DNA of 64,000 nucleotides from positions 6,123 to 70,122 of the forward strand of contig JBFMCA010000007.1 in assembly GCA_040754955.1 (NCBI GenBank), read 5' to 3'. A program made the position numbers and the translations under genes. Within the stretch, counting starts at the first letter, position 1; each line of letters starts with the position of its first letter. The DNA comes from Acidobacteriota bacterium. GTDB lineage: Bacteria > Acidobacteriota > Vicinamibacteria > Vicinamibacterales > UBA2999. The notes under the pieces were generated by a model. That model was not told where the DNA came from, ran no database searches, and saw only the letters and a program-made list of their open reading frames with translations. This document shows positions 1 to 8,897 of this stretch, piece by piece.

Positions 1-505
1 ACACGCCGGTCCACGACGCGAAGTGCGGCGCAAACGGCGGCCGCCGCATGACCGTCTCGGCCAGCGCGTGCGCGCGATCCAGGTTCGGCCCGCCGCCGCA
101 CTGCGCGAACAGGCGCCCGCCGGGCCGAAGCGCGCCGAAGAGGCCCGCGAAGAGCGCCGGGTGGTCGAGCACCCAGTGGAACGTCGCCGTGCTGAAGACG
201 AGGTCGGCCCACTCGCGGAACGGCAGGTCGGGCAGGTGCGCCTGGACGAACGCCACGCGAGCCCCGAAGCGCGGCTCGAGGTGCGCGCGGGCCTCGTCCA
301 GCATGTTCCGCGACCGATCGAGGCCGACGACGCGGCCGTCCGGCACCCGCTCCACGAGCTCGGCCGTCAGGCGACCCGTGCCGCACCCCGCGTCGATGGC
401 GCGCTCGTCGCCTCGCACCTCGAGCCGGGAGAGCACCTTCCGGCCCCAGTTCACTTGCGGCGCCGACACCTTGTGGTACGCCGCCGCGTTCCACTCGCGC
501 GCCAT
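1..505 (-). CDS. Class I SAM-dependent methyltransferase (trans-aconitate methyltransferase-like), truncated by the window edge
   Basis: Manual reverse-strand translation from ATG 505: MAREWNAAAYHKVSAPQ...AIDAGCGTGRLT (SAM motif I)...FSTATFHWV. Open to position 1 and absent from the ORF track. Confidence 0.8.
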   Translation of the reverse strand, partial: MAREWNAAAYHKVSAPQVNWGRKVLSRLEVRGDERAIDAGCGTGRLTAELVERVPDGRVVGLDRSRNMLDEARAHLEPRFGARVAFVQAHLPDLPFREWADLVFSTATFHWVLDHPALFAGLFGALRPGGRLFAQCGGGPNLDRAHALAETVMRRPPFAPHFASWTGV

Positions 506-508
506 CGG

Positions 509-2407
509 TCAGTACGTCCAGGCGCGAAGGCCGAGCACGCCCCACGACCACAGGAACGCCGATATCGCCGCGCCGGCCAACGCGCAGACCAGCGCGTAGG
601 TGACGAGCGCGCGGCTCGCGCCCTGCGCTGCGGCGCCGATTGCCAGCACGGCAGAGGTCGCGGACGCCACCGGCACCGCCAGCGTGGCCAGGAACCACGT
701 CGCGGTCGCCGCATTGAGCGTGCCCCACTCCGACACCGGGGTCGACCGTGCCGCGGCCGCCACGGCCGCCGCCGACAGCGGGAGCGTGAGCAGCACTGTC
801 TTGAGACCCCAGAAGCCGCGCGGCCGCGCCCGGCCCGCGTGGACCACCCAGCCCGCGAGCGCCAGGATGGGCGTCAGCAGGACGGCCGCCGAGAGCAGCA
901 CCGGCACGCGTACCAGCTCGACGCGCCACCTGGACACGCGCTCCGCGTAGACGCCCGTCGCGCCGCTGCCCGTGACGCCCGTCAGCACGCGCCGGCCGTC
1001 GTCATCGTCTGCGAACACGAGCGTCGGCAGGATCTGCGATTCGGTGCGGAACAGCCGATCGGACACCGGCAGCAGTGTCGTGGGATCGCCGCGGAGCGGC
1101 TCGACGCGCAGCGTGCCGTCGACGACGCGGATGGTGCGGCCGGAGCCGAGCCAGTCGAGGAACGCGAAGGCCTGGTTTCTCGGATTGGCGTCGTGGTAGT
1201 AGCCCTCGTGCGCTGCCAGCGCGGCGTGAGGCAGTTCGACCGGGGCGGCGACCGACGGCTCGACGTCGCGCTTCAGGTACCGGATACCGAGCGTCAGGAG
1301 TCGATGGAGCGCCGTGCGCGCGCCGGACTGATTGAGCAGCACCACGACCCCGGCGTCCCGTGCAGGCGAGTAGGCGTAGGCGGCGGTGAACCCGGCGATG
1401 TTGCCGCCATGTCCCAGCATGGCGTACGGCGTGTCGGTGAACCAGTAGATACCCGATCCGTATCCGTAGCGCAGCCCTGCGCGGAAGGCCAGCGACGTCC
1501 GCGGGTGTTCCATGTTGCTCTGGTACTCCGGGTCCACCACGAACGACGGGCCGATCTCGCCCCACTGGAGCAGCATCCAGATGAAGCGCCCCAGGTCGTG
1601 GGCCGTCGTGTGAAAACCGCCGGCGGGGCGCAGGTGGACGCGCGGCAGCGGCAGCGCGGTCGTGGAGCCCGCGCGATAGCCGCGGGCCATGTCGGCCTCG
1701 TCTTCCCCGGAGCGGCGGAACCCGGAGCGGTGCATGCCCACCGGCACGAGAATGCGTTCCTCGATGAAGTCCTCGAAGGTCTGCCCGCTGATCTTCTCGA
1801 TGACCGCGCCGGCCACCGCGTAGCCGTGGTTGGAGTACGACATCCGCGTGCCCGGCCGCCATCGGACGCGTCGCGAGTCCGGACTTCGCGCCAGGACCTC
1901 GAGCAGCGGCAGGTCGGGGCTGCCGTCCGTGATGTACGTGTCGCGAAAGCGCATGTCGTCGAAGCCCGCGGTGTGCTGCAGGAGGTGGATGACCTCCACC
2001 GGGTCGCTCGCGTCCCACGGATTGTCGATGGCGACCTCCGGCAGCACCTCGCCGACCGGCTGCGTGAGATCGATCAGCCCTTCCTCGGCGAGCTGCACCA
2101 GCGCCAGGCCCACGAAGGACTTGCTGATCGACCCGGCCATGAAACGGGTGTCGGCGGTGACGGGGATGCGGCGTTCGAGATCGGCGACGCCGACGCCGCC
2201 CTCCCACAGGATACCGTCGGCGCCGACGAGCGCGAGGCCGGCGCCGGGCACCCCCGACTCCTCCACGATGCGCGCGGCTGCCGTCTCGAACTCCTCGAGC
2301 GACGCGGGCATGGGATCGATCGGGGCCGGCGCCTGCGAGCGCGCCGTGGCGCCGCCGAGCGCCGCTGCCACGGCGAAGAGCAGGGCGCAGGTCGGTGGCG
2401 GCCGCAT
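509..2407 (-). CDS. Serine hydrolase (beta-lactamase/AmpC family) with signal peptide and C-terminal transmembrane helices
   Basis: C-terminal part of ORF 509..3850. Start MRPPPTCALLFAVAAALGG; SxxK (GSISKS), YSN and HGG motifs; hydrophobic C-terminus. Confidence 0.85.
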   Translation of the reverse strand: MRPPPTCALLFAVAAALGGATARSQAPAPIDPMPASLEEFETAAARIVEESGVPGAGLALVGADGILWEGGVGVADLERRIPVTADTRFMAGSISKSFVGLALVQLAEEGLIDLTQPVGEVLPEVAIDNPWDASDPVEVIHLLQHTAGFDDMRFRDTYITDGSPDLPLLEVLARSPDSRRVRWRPGTRMSYSNHGYAVAGAVIEKISGQTFEDFIEERILVPVGMHRSGFRRSGEDEADMARGYRAGSTTALPLPRVHLRPAGGFHTTAHDLGRFIWMLLQWGEIGPSFVVDPEYQSNMEHPRTSLAFRAGLRYGYGSGIYWFTDTPYAMLGHGGNIAGFTAAYAYSPARDAGVVVLLNQSGARTALHRLLTLGIRYLKRDVEPSVAAPVELPHAALAAHEGYYHDANPRNQAFAFLDWLGSGRTIRVVDGTLRVEPLRGDPTTLLPVSDRLFRTESQILPTLVFADDDDGRRVLTGVTGSGATGVYAERVSRWRVELVRVPVLLSAAVLLTPILALAGWVVHAGRARPRGFWGLKTVLLTLPLSAAAVAAAARSTPVSEWGTLNAATATWFLATLAVPVASATSAVLAIGAAAQGASRALVTYALVCALAGAAISAFLWSWGVLGLRAWTY

Positions 2408-2452
2408 GGCGCGACTATACTTTGGTTCGTGCGGTCCCCGGAGAAACTCGTG

Positions 2453-3184
2453 GTGTCGGGATCCGAGGTCGGCTCCGACGCCCTGCACGTCGAGCTCGAC
2501 TCCCACCGTCGGCTGCGTACCCGCAACAAGCTCTATTACCGCTTCAACCACTGGCCCATCTGGATCTTCGTGTTCTTCATCGCGCCCGGGCCGCTGACCT
2601 TCGACCTGTTCGAGCGCGGGTTCGACGCGCGCATGGCCGCGTGGCTGGGCGTCGTGCTGGTCGGAACCGGCATCGCGGGCCTGCGCGGGCGGCTGCCGGG
2701 CTGTGAAGCCGCGCCGTACATCATCCGCTTCACCGAGGACCGGCCGAACCCGCTGTACCGGCGCGTGTGCTACACCGCCGCCTGGGGCGAGGTCGTGGCG
2801 TTCGCCCTCCTGAACATCGCCGGGCTGGTCGTGGCGCTCGCGACAGGGCAGTGGATGCTCAAGGAGATCTACCGCTACGCGTATTTCCCGCTCGCCGGGA
2901 GCGTGTGGCTGCTCGGCGCGCTGGGCAGACTCCCGCGCGTGAAGGCGTCCACCGCCGGCGAAGGGCACGAGCGGCGCTACTTCTACGGGGCCGTGTGGGC
3001 CGTGACGATTGCCCAACCCGTGCTGTGGCTCATGTGGAAGGCGCTGCCGCGCGGGTTCGAATCGGATCTCTTCAAGCTGGTCGTCTTTGTCGGCCTGCTG
3101 GCCTTCATCGGCAACCTCGCGCGCCTCGGCCTCCTCCCGCGCACGCGCCCCATCGTCCCCGGCGAGTGGGCTGTGTCGGATTGA
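2453..3184 (+). CDS. Hypothetical integral membrane protein
   Basis: C-terminal part of ORF 23..3184. Several hydrophobic helices (HWPIWIFVFFIAPG, AWGEVVAFALLNIAG) and typical codon usage. GTG start uncertain (2450 or 2453). Confidence 0.7.
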   Translation: MSGSEVGSDALHVELDSHRRLRTRNKLYYRFNHWPIWIFVFFIAPGPLTFDLFERGFDARMAAWLGVVLVGTGIAGLRGRLPGCEAAPYIIRFTEDRPNPLYRRVCYTAAWGEVVAFALLNIAGLVVALATGQWMLKEIYRYAYFPLAGSVWLLGALGRLPRVKASTAGEGHERRYFYGAVWAVTIAQPVLWLMWKALPRGFESDLFKLVVFVGLLAFIGNLARLGLLPRTRPIVPGEWAVSD

Positions 3185-3204
3185 GCGCGGACCCGGCTCT
3201 CCCG

Positions 3205-3666
3205 CTACACCCACGGGACCTCTACCTCGCCCCGTGCCTGCGCCGCCATGACGTCGGGCAGGCCGGCCACCATGTCGAGAACCTCGCGGGGAAAGTCGCG
3301 CGGCGTGAAGGTGGCGAGATCGATCGACGCGACGCGGACGAACCCCTCGGCGCGGAGGGCGCCCGTGGGCTCGTCGCGGACCTCGAAGTCGTGGCGCAGG
3401 CGGCGCGGGTTCTCGAGCGTGCTGCGGAGGCCGAGCCGGACGATGTCGCCCGGACGCGTCGGCGAGCGGTACGTGATGGACGCCTCCACGCGGGGCATCC
3501 CGAAGCGGTTTGCGTCGAGAATCGACTGGCGCGTGCGCCCGAGCACGGCCGCGTAGAGCTCCTCTTCGGCGTCTTCGAACCACCCGAGGACGTTCGGGAA
3601 CCACACCACGCCGGCCGCGTCGGAATCGGACCAGTGGACCTTCTTGCGCACCTGAAGCCAGGACAT
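3205..3666 (-). CDS. Acyl-CoA thioesterase (4HBT/YbgC hotdog family)
   Basis: VHWSDSDAAGVVWFPN motif typical of the family; 153 aa. Confidence 0.85.
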   Translation of the reverse strand: MSWLQVRKKVHWSDSDAAGVVWFPNVLGWFEDAEEELYAAVLGRTRQSILDANRFGMPRVEASITYRSPTRPGDIVRLGLRSTLENPRRLRHDFEVRDEPTGALRAEGFVRVASIDLATFTPRDFPREVLDMVAGLPDVMAAQARGEVEVPWV

Positions 3667-3744
3667 GGCGGGACGATAGCAAAGGTTCCGGCCGGTTCCG
3701 AAGGGTTCCGAGGGGCTGGGGAGGTTCGGCTATGCTGTCGGACC

Positions 3745-4515
3745 GTGCAGGGCTGGCAGGGCTGGGATGAGTATGCGCCGTTCTACGACTGGGAGAACGC
3801 GCAGACCGTTGGACGGCGGGACGTGCCGTTCTGGCGCCGCGTGGCGGCACCGGTGGCGGGGCCCGTGCTGGAGCTGGGCTGCGGCACCGGCCGGGTCCTG
3901 TTCCCGCTCGCGAAGGACGGCGTCCGCATCGTCGGTATCGATCGCTCCGAGCCGATGCTGCGGCGTGCCCGGATGCGCGTGCGGCGCGTGAAGGTCGGCG
4001 GCCGCGTCCACCTCATCCGCGGCGACATCCGCCACCTCCCGTTTTCGGATCGGCAGTTCCCGCTCGCGATCGCGCCGTACGGCATCCTGCAGTCGCTCCT
4101 TCGCGAGCGCGACCTGCAGGCCACGCTGGCGGCGGTGCGTCGCGTCCTCGAGCCTGGCGGCACGTTCGGGATGGAGCTGGTTGCCGACCTGCCGGCGTGG
4201 GAGGAGTACGAGCGCCGCGTCTCCTTCCGCGGCCGCCGCGGCGCCAGCCGCATCGCGCTGGTCGAGTCGGTCCGGCAGGACCGGGCACGGCGCCTGACGT
4301 GCTTCGACCAGGAGTACACCGAGCGGCGCGGACGGGTCGTCCGCCGCCACACCTTCACGCTCACGTTCCGCACGCTGTCGGTGCCCCAGATGACGCGCCG
4401 CCTCGACAAGGCCGGCTTCGAGGTGCTCTCGCTCCTCGGCGACTACCAGGGCGGCCCCTGGGACCGCCGGGCCGAGACCTGGATCGTTCTGGCACGCCGG
4501 CCGCTCCGCGGGTAA
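3745..4515 (+). CDS. Class I SAM-dependent methyltransferase
   Basis: GTG start; VLELGCGTGR motif I, GIDRS, GDIRHLPF. Confidence 0.85.
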   Translation: MQGWQGWDEYAPFYDWENAQTVGRRDVPFWRRVAAPVAGPVLELGCGTGRVLFPLAKDGVRIVGIDRSEPMLRRARMRVRRVKVGGRVHLIRGDIRHLPFSDRQFPLAIAPYGILQSLLRERDLQATLAAVRRVLEPGGTFGMELVADLPAWEEYERRVSFRGRRGASRIALVESVRQDRARRLTCFDQEYTERRGRVVRRHTFTLTFRTLSVPQMTRRLDKAGFEVLSLLGDYQGGPWDRRAETWIVLARRPLRG

Positions 4516-4557
4516 AATATAGAGTCCTTTACCTTTCCCGAGTTTTCTGGAGCACCC

Positions 4558-5307
4558 ATGTCCGGCCATTCCAAGTGGCACACCATCAAGCACAAGAAGG
4601 GCGCGGCCGACGCCAAGCGCGGCAAGATCTTCACGCGCATCATCAAGGAGCTGACCATCGCCGCCCGGAACGGCGGCGGCGATCCGGCGACGAACCCGCG
4701 GCTCCGGACCATCATCGCCGAGGCCAAGTCGGTGAACATGCCGGCCGACAACATCAAGAAGGCGATTCAGCGCGGCACGGGCGAGCTGCCGGGCGTCTCC
4801 TACGAGGAAGTCACCTACGAGGGCTACGGTCCCGGCGGCGCGGCGCTCATCATCGAGACGATGACCGACAACAAGAACCGCACGGTGGGCGAGGTGCGGC
4901 ACCTGCTGGAGAAGCACAACGGCAACCTCGGCGCGGCGAACTCGGTGGCCTGGATGTTCCAGAAGAAGGGCTACATCGTCGTCGACAAGGCGGCCGTTGC
5001 CGAGGAGACGCTGCTCAACGCGGCCCTCGAAGCCGGCGCGGAGGACATGCGCGACGACGGCGACTCGTGGGAAGTGCTGTGCGACCCGTCGGCATTCGAG
5101 GCCGTGCGCGACGCAGTGAAGGCGCTCGGCGTGGTGCCGGCGTCGGCGGAAGTCGCGATGCTGCCACAGAACTACGTGAAGCTCGAAGGCAAGGACGCGA
5201 CCGCGATGGTGAAGCTGATGGGCGCGCTCGACGACCACGACGATGTGAAGCACGTGTGGTCGAACTTCGACATCGAGGAGAAGGAGATCGAGGCCTCCCT
5301 GGCGTGA
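4558..5307 (+). CDS. yebC: YebC/PmpR family protein
   Basis: [16 protein letters not shown]-terminus and YEGYGPGG; canonical position upstream of ruvC. Confidence 0.97.
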   Translation: MSGHSKWHTIKHKKGAADAKRGKIFTRIIKELTIAARNGGGDPATNPRLRTIIAEAKSVNMPADNIKKAIQRGTGELPGVSYEEVTYEGYGPGGAALIIETMTDNKNRTVGEVRHLLEKHNGNLGAANSVAWMFQKKGYIVVDKAAVAEETLLNAALEAGAEDMRDDGDSWEVLCDPSAFEAVRDAVKALGVVPASAEVAMLPQNYVKLEGKDATAMVKLMGALDDHDDVKHVWSNFDIEEKEIEASLA

Positions 5308-5855
5308 GGGTGTTCGGCATCGACCCCGGCTCCGACCGCACCGGGTACGGGTGCATCGAGAGCGACGGCCGGCGGCACCGCCTCGTGGTGTGCGGCGCCG
5401 TGCGGACCGGGGCGTCCACGTTTGCCGACCGGCTTGCCGTCATCCACCACGAGTTGACGGCGCTCCTGGGGGACACGCGTCCCGCCTTCGTGGCCATCGA
5501 AAGCGTCTTTCACGCCGCGAACGCGCGGAGCGCGCTCAAGCTGGGGCACGCGCGCGGCGTGGCGATGCTGGCGGCGGTGCAGGCGGGCGTGCCGGTCGTG
5601 GAGTACTCGCCGGCCGAGATCAAGCGGGCGGTGGTCGGGTATGGGCGCGCCGAGAAACCGCAGGTGGGCCAGATGGTGAAGCTGCTGCTCGGGCTCGAGC
5701 GCGTGCCGTCGCCGCACGACGCGGCGGACGCGCTGGCCGTGGCGATCTGCCACCTGCACCACGGGGGTCGGGCCTCTTCTTACGGACACCGTAGGAAGAG
5801 GCCCGACCCCGGTAGCAGCCGGCCGCGCACCTGGCGGCAGTACCGGCCCGCATGA
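5304..5855 (+). CDS. ruvC: Holliday junction resolvase RuvC
   Basis: GTG overlaps the yebC stop; [28 protein letters not shown] motifs. Confidence 0.95.
   Translation: MRVFGIDPGSDRTGYGCIESDGRRHRLVVCGAVRTGASTFADRLAVIHHELTALLGDTRPAFVAIESVFHAANARSALKLGHARGVAMLAAVQAGVPVVEYSPAEIKRAVVGYGRAEKPQVGQMVKLLLGLERVPSPHDAADALAVAICHLHHGGRASSYGHRRKRPDPGSSRPRTWRQYRPA
5764..5810. repeat. 22-bp-arm palindrome (REP-like) inside the ruvC 3' end
   Basis: ggggtcgggcctcttcttacgg-aca-ccgtaggaagaggcccgacccc, with one G:T mismatch. Confidence 0.85.
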
Positions 5856-6454
5856 TCGCGTTCCTTCGGGGGCGCGTGCACGAGAAGCACCCCAACCGGA
5901 TCGTCGTCGACGTGAACGGCGTGGGCTACGACGTGGCCGTGCCGCTCTCCACGTTCTACGCGGCCGGCGAGGTCGGCGCCGGCATCGAGCTCCGCATTCA
6001 CACGCACGTGCGCGAGGACCAGCTCGCGCTCTACGGGTTCGGCACCGCGCTGGAGCTCGCCGTGTTCGAGCGGCTCATCGGCGTGAGCGGCATCGGCCCG
6101 CGGCTGGCGCTGGCGGTGCTGTCGGGCATCGAGCCGGCGGAGCTCGTGGCGGCGGTCGGACGTGGCGATGTGGCACGGTTGACGGCCATCCCGGGGGTCG
6201 GCAAGAAGACCGCCGAGCGCATCGTGGTGGAGCTCCGCGACCGGCTGCCGCAGGCGGCTGGCGCGGCGGGCGGACGGGTTCCGGCCGCGGCGCCCCTCGA
6301 CGCGCTGCGCGACGACCTCGTGTCGGCGCTGGCCAATCTCGGGTACCATCGGCAGGCCATCGACAAGGCGCTCGATCGGCTGCTCCGCGACGGGGAGCCG
6401 CCGCCGTTCGAGCAGGCCCTGCGCGCGGCGCTCAAGGATCTCTCCCGTGTCTAG
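5852..6454 (+). CDS. ruvA: Holliday junction branch migration protein RuvA
   Basis: MIAFLRG...[39 protein letters not shown]. Confidence 0.97.
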   Translation: MIAFLRGRVHEKHPNRIVVDVNGVGYDVAVPLSTFYAAGEVGAGIELRIHTHVREDQLALYGFGTALELAVFERLIGVSGIGPRLALAVLSGIEPAELVAAVGRGDVARLTAIPGVGKKTAERIVVELRDRLPQAAGAAGGRVPAAAPLDALRDDLVSALANLGYHRQAIDKALDRLLRDGEPPPFEQALRAALKDLSRV

Positions 6455-7463
6455 CGACAGCCGGCTCACGTCGGGCACGCCCCTCGCGGAGGAGGCGCAG
6501 TTCGAGCAGGGGCTCCGCCCGCGCCGGCTCGACGACTACATCGGCCAGGACCGCGTGCGTGAGAACCTGCAGGTGGCCATCGAGGCGGCCAACCAGCGCG
6601 GGGACGCGCTCGATCACGTGCTGGTCTACGGTCCGCCGGGGCTGGGCAAGACGACGCTCGCCTACGTCATCGCGACCGAGCTGGGCGTGCCGATTCGCAC
6701 GACGGCCGGCCCGGTCATCGAGAAGCCCGGCGATCTCGCGGGCATCCTCTCGAACCTGCAGGCGCGCGAGGTGCTCTTCATCGACGAGATCCACCGCCTG
6801 CCGCCGGCCATCGAGGAAATCCTCTATCCGGCGATGGAGGACTTCGAGCTCGACATCGTCATCGGGCAGGGGCCGGGCGCGCGGTCGGTGAAGGTGCCGG
6901 TGGAGCGGTTCACGCTCGTGGGGGCGACCACACGGGCGGGGCTGCTGACCTCGCCGCTCCGGGCGCGGTTCGGCATCGTGCACCGGCTGGACTTCTACAC
7001 CGAGCGCGACATCGAGGAGATCGTCCGGCGGTCGGCCCGCATTCTGGGCGTGGAGGCCGTGGGCGGGGCCGCAGGCGAGATCGCGCGGCGCTCGCGCGGC
7101 ACCCCCCGGATCGCGAACCGGCTGCTGCGGCGCGTGCGCGACTACGCGCAGGTGCGCGCGGACGGCCGGGTGACGGTCGAGGTCGCGCAGGCAGCCATGC
7201 GGATGCTCGACGTGGACGAGCGCGGCTTCGACGAGCACGATCGGCGCCTGCTCGGCACGATCATCGACAAGTTCGGGGGCGGCCCGGTGGGCCTCGGCAG
7301 CCTCGCCGCCGCGCTCGGCGAGGAAGAGGACGCCATCGAGGACATTCACGAGCCGTTCCTCATCCAGCTGGGACTCATCGAGCGCACGCCGCGCGGCCGG
7401 ATGGCCACGGCGCGCGCCTTCGAGTACTTCGGGCGCAAGGCGCCCGGAAAGGGACTCTTTTGA
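6447..7463 (+). CDS. ruvB: Holliday junction branch migration ATPase RuvB
   Basis: [21 protein letters not shown] Walker A, FIDEIHR, GATTRAG. Confidence 0.98.
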   Translation: MSSDSRLTSGTPLAEEAQFEQGLRPRRLDDYIGQDRVRENLQVAIEAANQRGDALDHVLVYGPPGLGKTTLAYVIATELGVPIRTTAGPVIEKPGDLAGILSNLQAREVLFIDEIHRLPPAIEEILYPAMEDFELDIVIGQGPGARSVKVPVERFTLVGATTRAGLLTSPLRARFGIVHRLDFYTERDIEEIVRRSARILGVEAVGGAAGEIARRSRGTPRIANRLLRRVRDYAQVRADGRVTVEVAQAAMRMLDVDERGFDEHDRRLLGTIIDKFGGGPVGLGSLAAALGEEEDAIEDIHEPFLIQLGLIERTPRGRMATARAFEYFGRKAPGKGLF

Positions 7464-8491
7464 CGGACCTTCTTCGCGCCAACCTGGCGGGCCGGGCTCC
7501 GATCCGCCGCGCCGAGATCAAGAGCCTCGCGACGTTCGTGCCGCCGCGCGTGCTGACCAACGCCGACCTCGAGAAGCTGGTCGACACGACCGACGAGTGG
7601 ATCATGCAGCGGACCGGCATCCGCGAGCGGCACATCGTCGATCCGGGCGTGGCGACCTCCGACCTGGCGGCAGAGGCCGCGCGCGAGGCCATCCGGCGAG
7701 CCGGCCTGACGCCGGACGACATCGACGTCATCATCGTCGGGACGGTCACGCCCGACATGCTGTTCCCGGCCACGGCGTGCCTCGTGCAGCACAAGATCGG
7801 GGCGTCCCGGGCGTGGGGGTTCGACCTGTCCGCGGCATGCTCGGCGTTTGCGTACGCGCTCACGGTGGGCAGCCAGCTGGTGGCGGCGGGCGGCGCGCGG
7901 CACGCGCTCGTGATCGGCGCCGACGTGATGTCGAGCATCATCGACTACACGGACCGCGCCACGTGCGTGCTCTTCGGCGACGGCGCGGGCGCCGTCGTGC
8001 TCGGCGAGGCCGCCGACCCGGCGTTCGGCGTCCTCGATTTCGAGCACGAGATCGACGGAAGCGGCGGCACCGCGCTCTGCATGCCGGCCGGCGGCAGCAA
8101 GCTGCCCTCGTCGCGCGAGACGGTCGAGCAGCGGCTGCACTACGTGAAGCAGGACGGCCAGACGGTCTTCAAGTTCGCGGTGCGGCGGACCGGCGACGTC
8201 TGCCTGCGGCTGCTCGAGCGCAACGGCCTGACCGGCCAGGACATCGACCTGTTCGTGTCGCACCAGGCCAACCGCCGCATCATCATGGCGGCGGCGGATC
8301 GCCTCGGCCTGCCCGAAGAGAAGGTCATCATCAACATCGAGCGATTCGGCAACACCACGGCCGGCACCATTCCGCTGGCGCTGAACGACGCGGTGAACGA
8401 GGGGCGGCTGAAGAAGGGCCACCTGGCGCTGCTCGCGTCGGTCGGCGCCGGCTTCACGGTCGGCGCCGTGCTGGTGCGGTGGGGGTTCTAG
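7460..8491 (+). CDS. fabH: 3-oxoacyl-ACP synthase III
   Basis: [22 protein letters not shown] (catalytic Cys), HQAN, GNT. Confidence 0.95.
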   Translation: MTDLLRANLAGRAPIRRAEIKSLATFVPPRVLTNADLEKLVDTTDEWIMQRTGIRERHIVDPGVATSDLAAEAAREAIRRAGLTPDDIDVIIVGTVTPDMLFPATACLVQHKIGASRAWGFDLSAACSAFAYALTVGSQLVAAGGARHALVIGADVMSSIIDYTDRATCVLFGDGAGAVVLGEAADPAFGVLDFEHEIDGSGGTALCMPAGGSKLPSSRETVEQRLHYVKQDGQTVFKFAVRRTGDVCLRLLERNGLTGQDIDLFVSHQANRRIIMAAADRLGLPEEKVIINIERFGNTTAGTIPLALNDAVNEGRLKKGHLALLASVGAGFTVGAVLVRWGF

Positions 8492-8897
8492 CAGCTCGTG
8501 GCGGAACGTCTCGCCGGGCCTGTCGCCACGGGCTGGCGAGGCCCGCTGCGGCATCTGTCAATTGATGTCAAGAACGCCCACCATAGACGATTGTTTCACA
8601 ACGAGGCATTGATGCCGATGCCTGCCCGGGTGAAATAGCCATCAAATATCAGAAAACAAAGAGTTAATAGGTTGTGGTCCGTTGCGACGCACGCCATCGT
8701 ATGTGTGTCGATTCGGATCATGCCTGTTAAACTACGTCCATTCATATATTTGTAGTCACCATGTGGCCAAGCTCCGGCGCGTGTCTGTCTTGAAACGGAT
8801 CAATGTGTCGCCCCTGGCACCCTCACGCAGGTGATCTATGTGTCCTATAAAGTGCTTTCAGTGAACACGATCGCGCATTCTCGCGTCGGGCCGTCCG
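8492..8897 (+). promoter_or_regulatory. AT-rich intergenic region of about 400 bp, probable regulatory region of the protease-GNAT cassette
   Basis: Marked drop in GC relative to the flanks, no convincing ORF, TGTGTC at 8704, 8804 and 8839. Confidence 0.55.

Noticed and set aside
23..2450. Long plus-strand ORF 23..3184 and many other long Arg/Ala/Pro-rich ORFs in the track
   Set aside because: Shadow ORFs of high-GC DNA overlapping well-supported genes on another frame or strand. Only the parts with family motifs were kept.
8764..8830. Sigma-54 promoter candidates (TGGCAC at 8815; TGGCCA at 8764)
   Set aside because: The first has GG-to-GC spacing one base short, and the second lacks the TTGC element. 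Not supportable.
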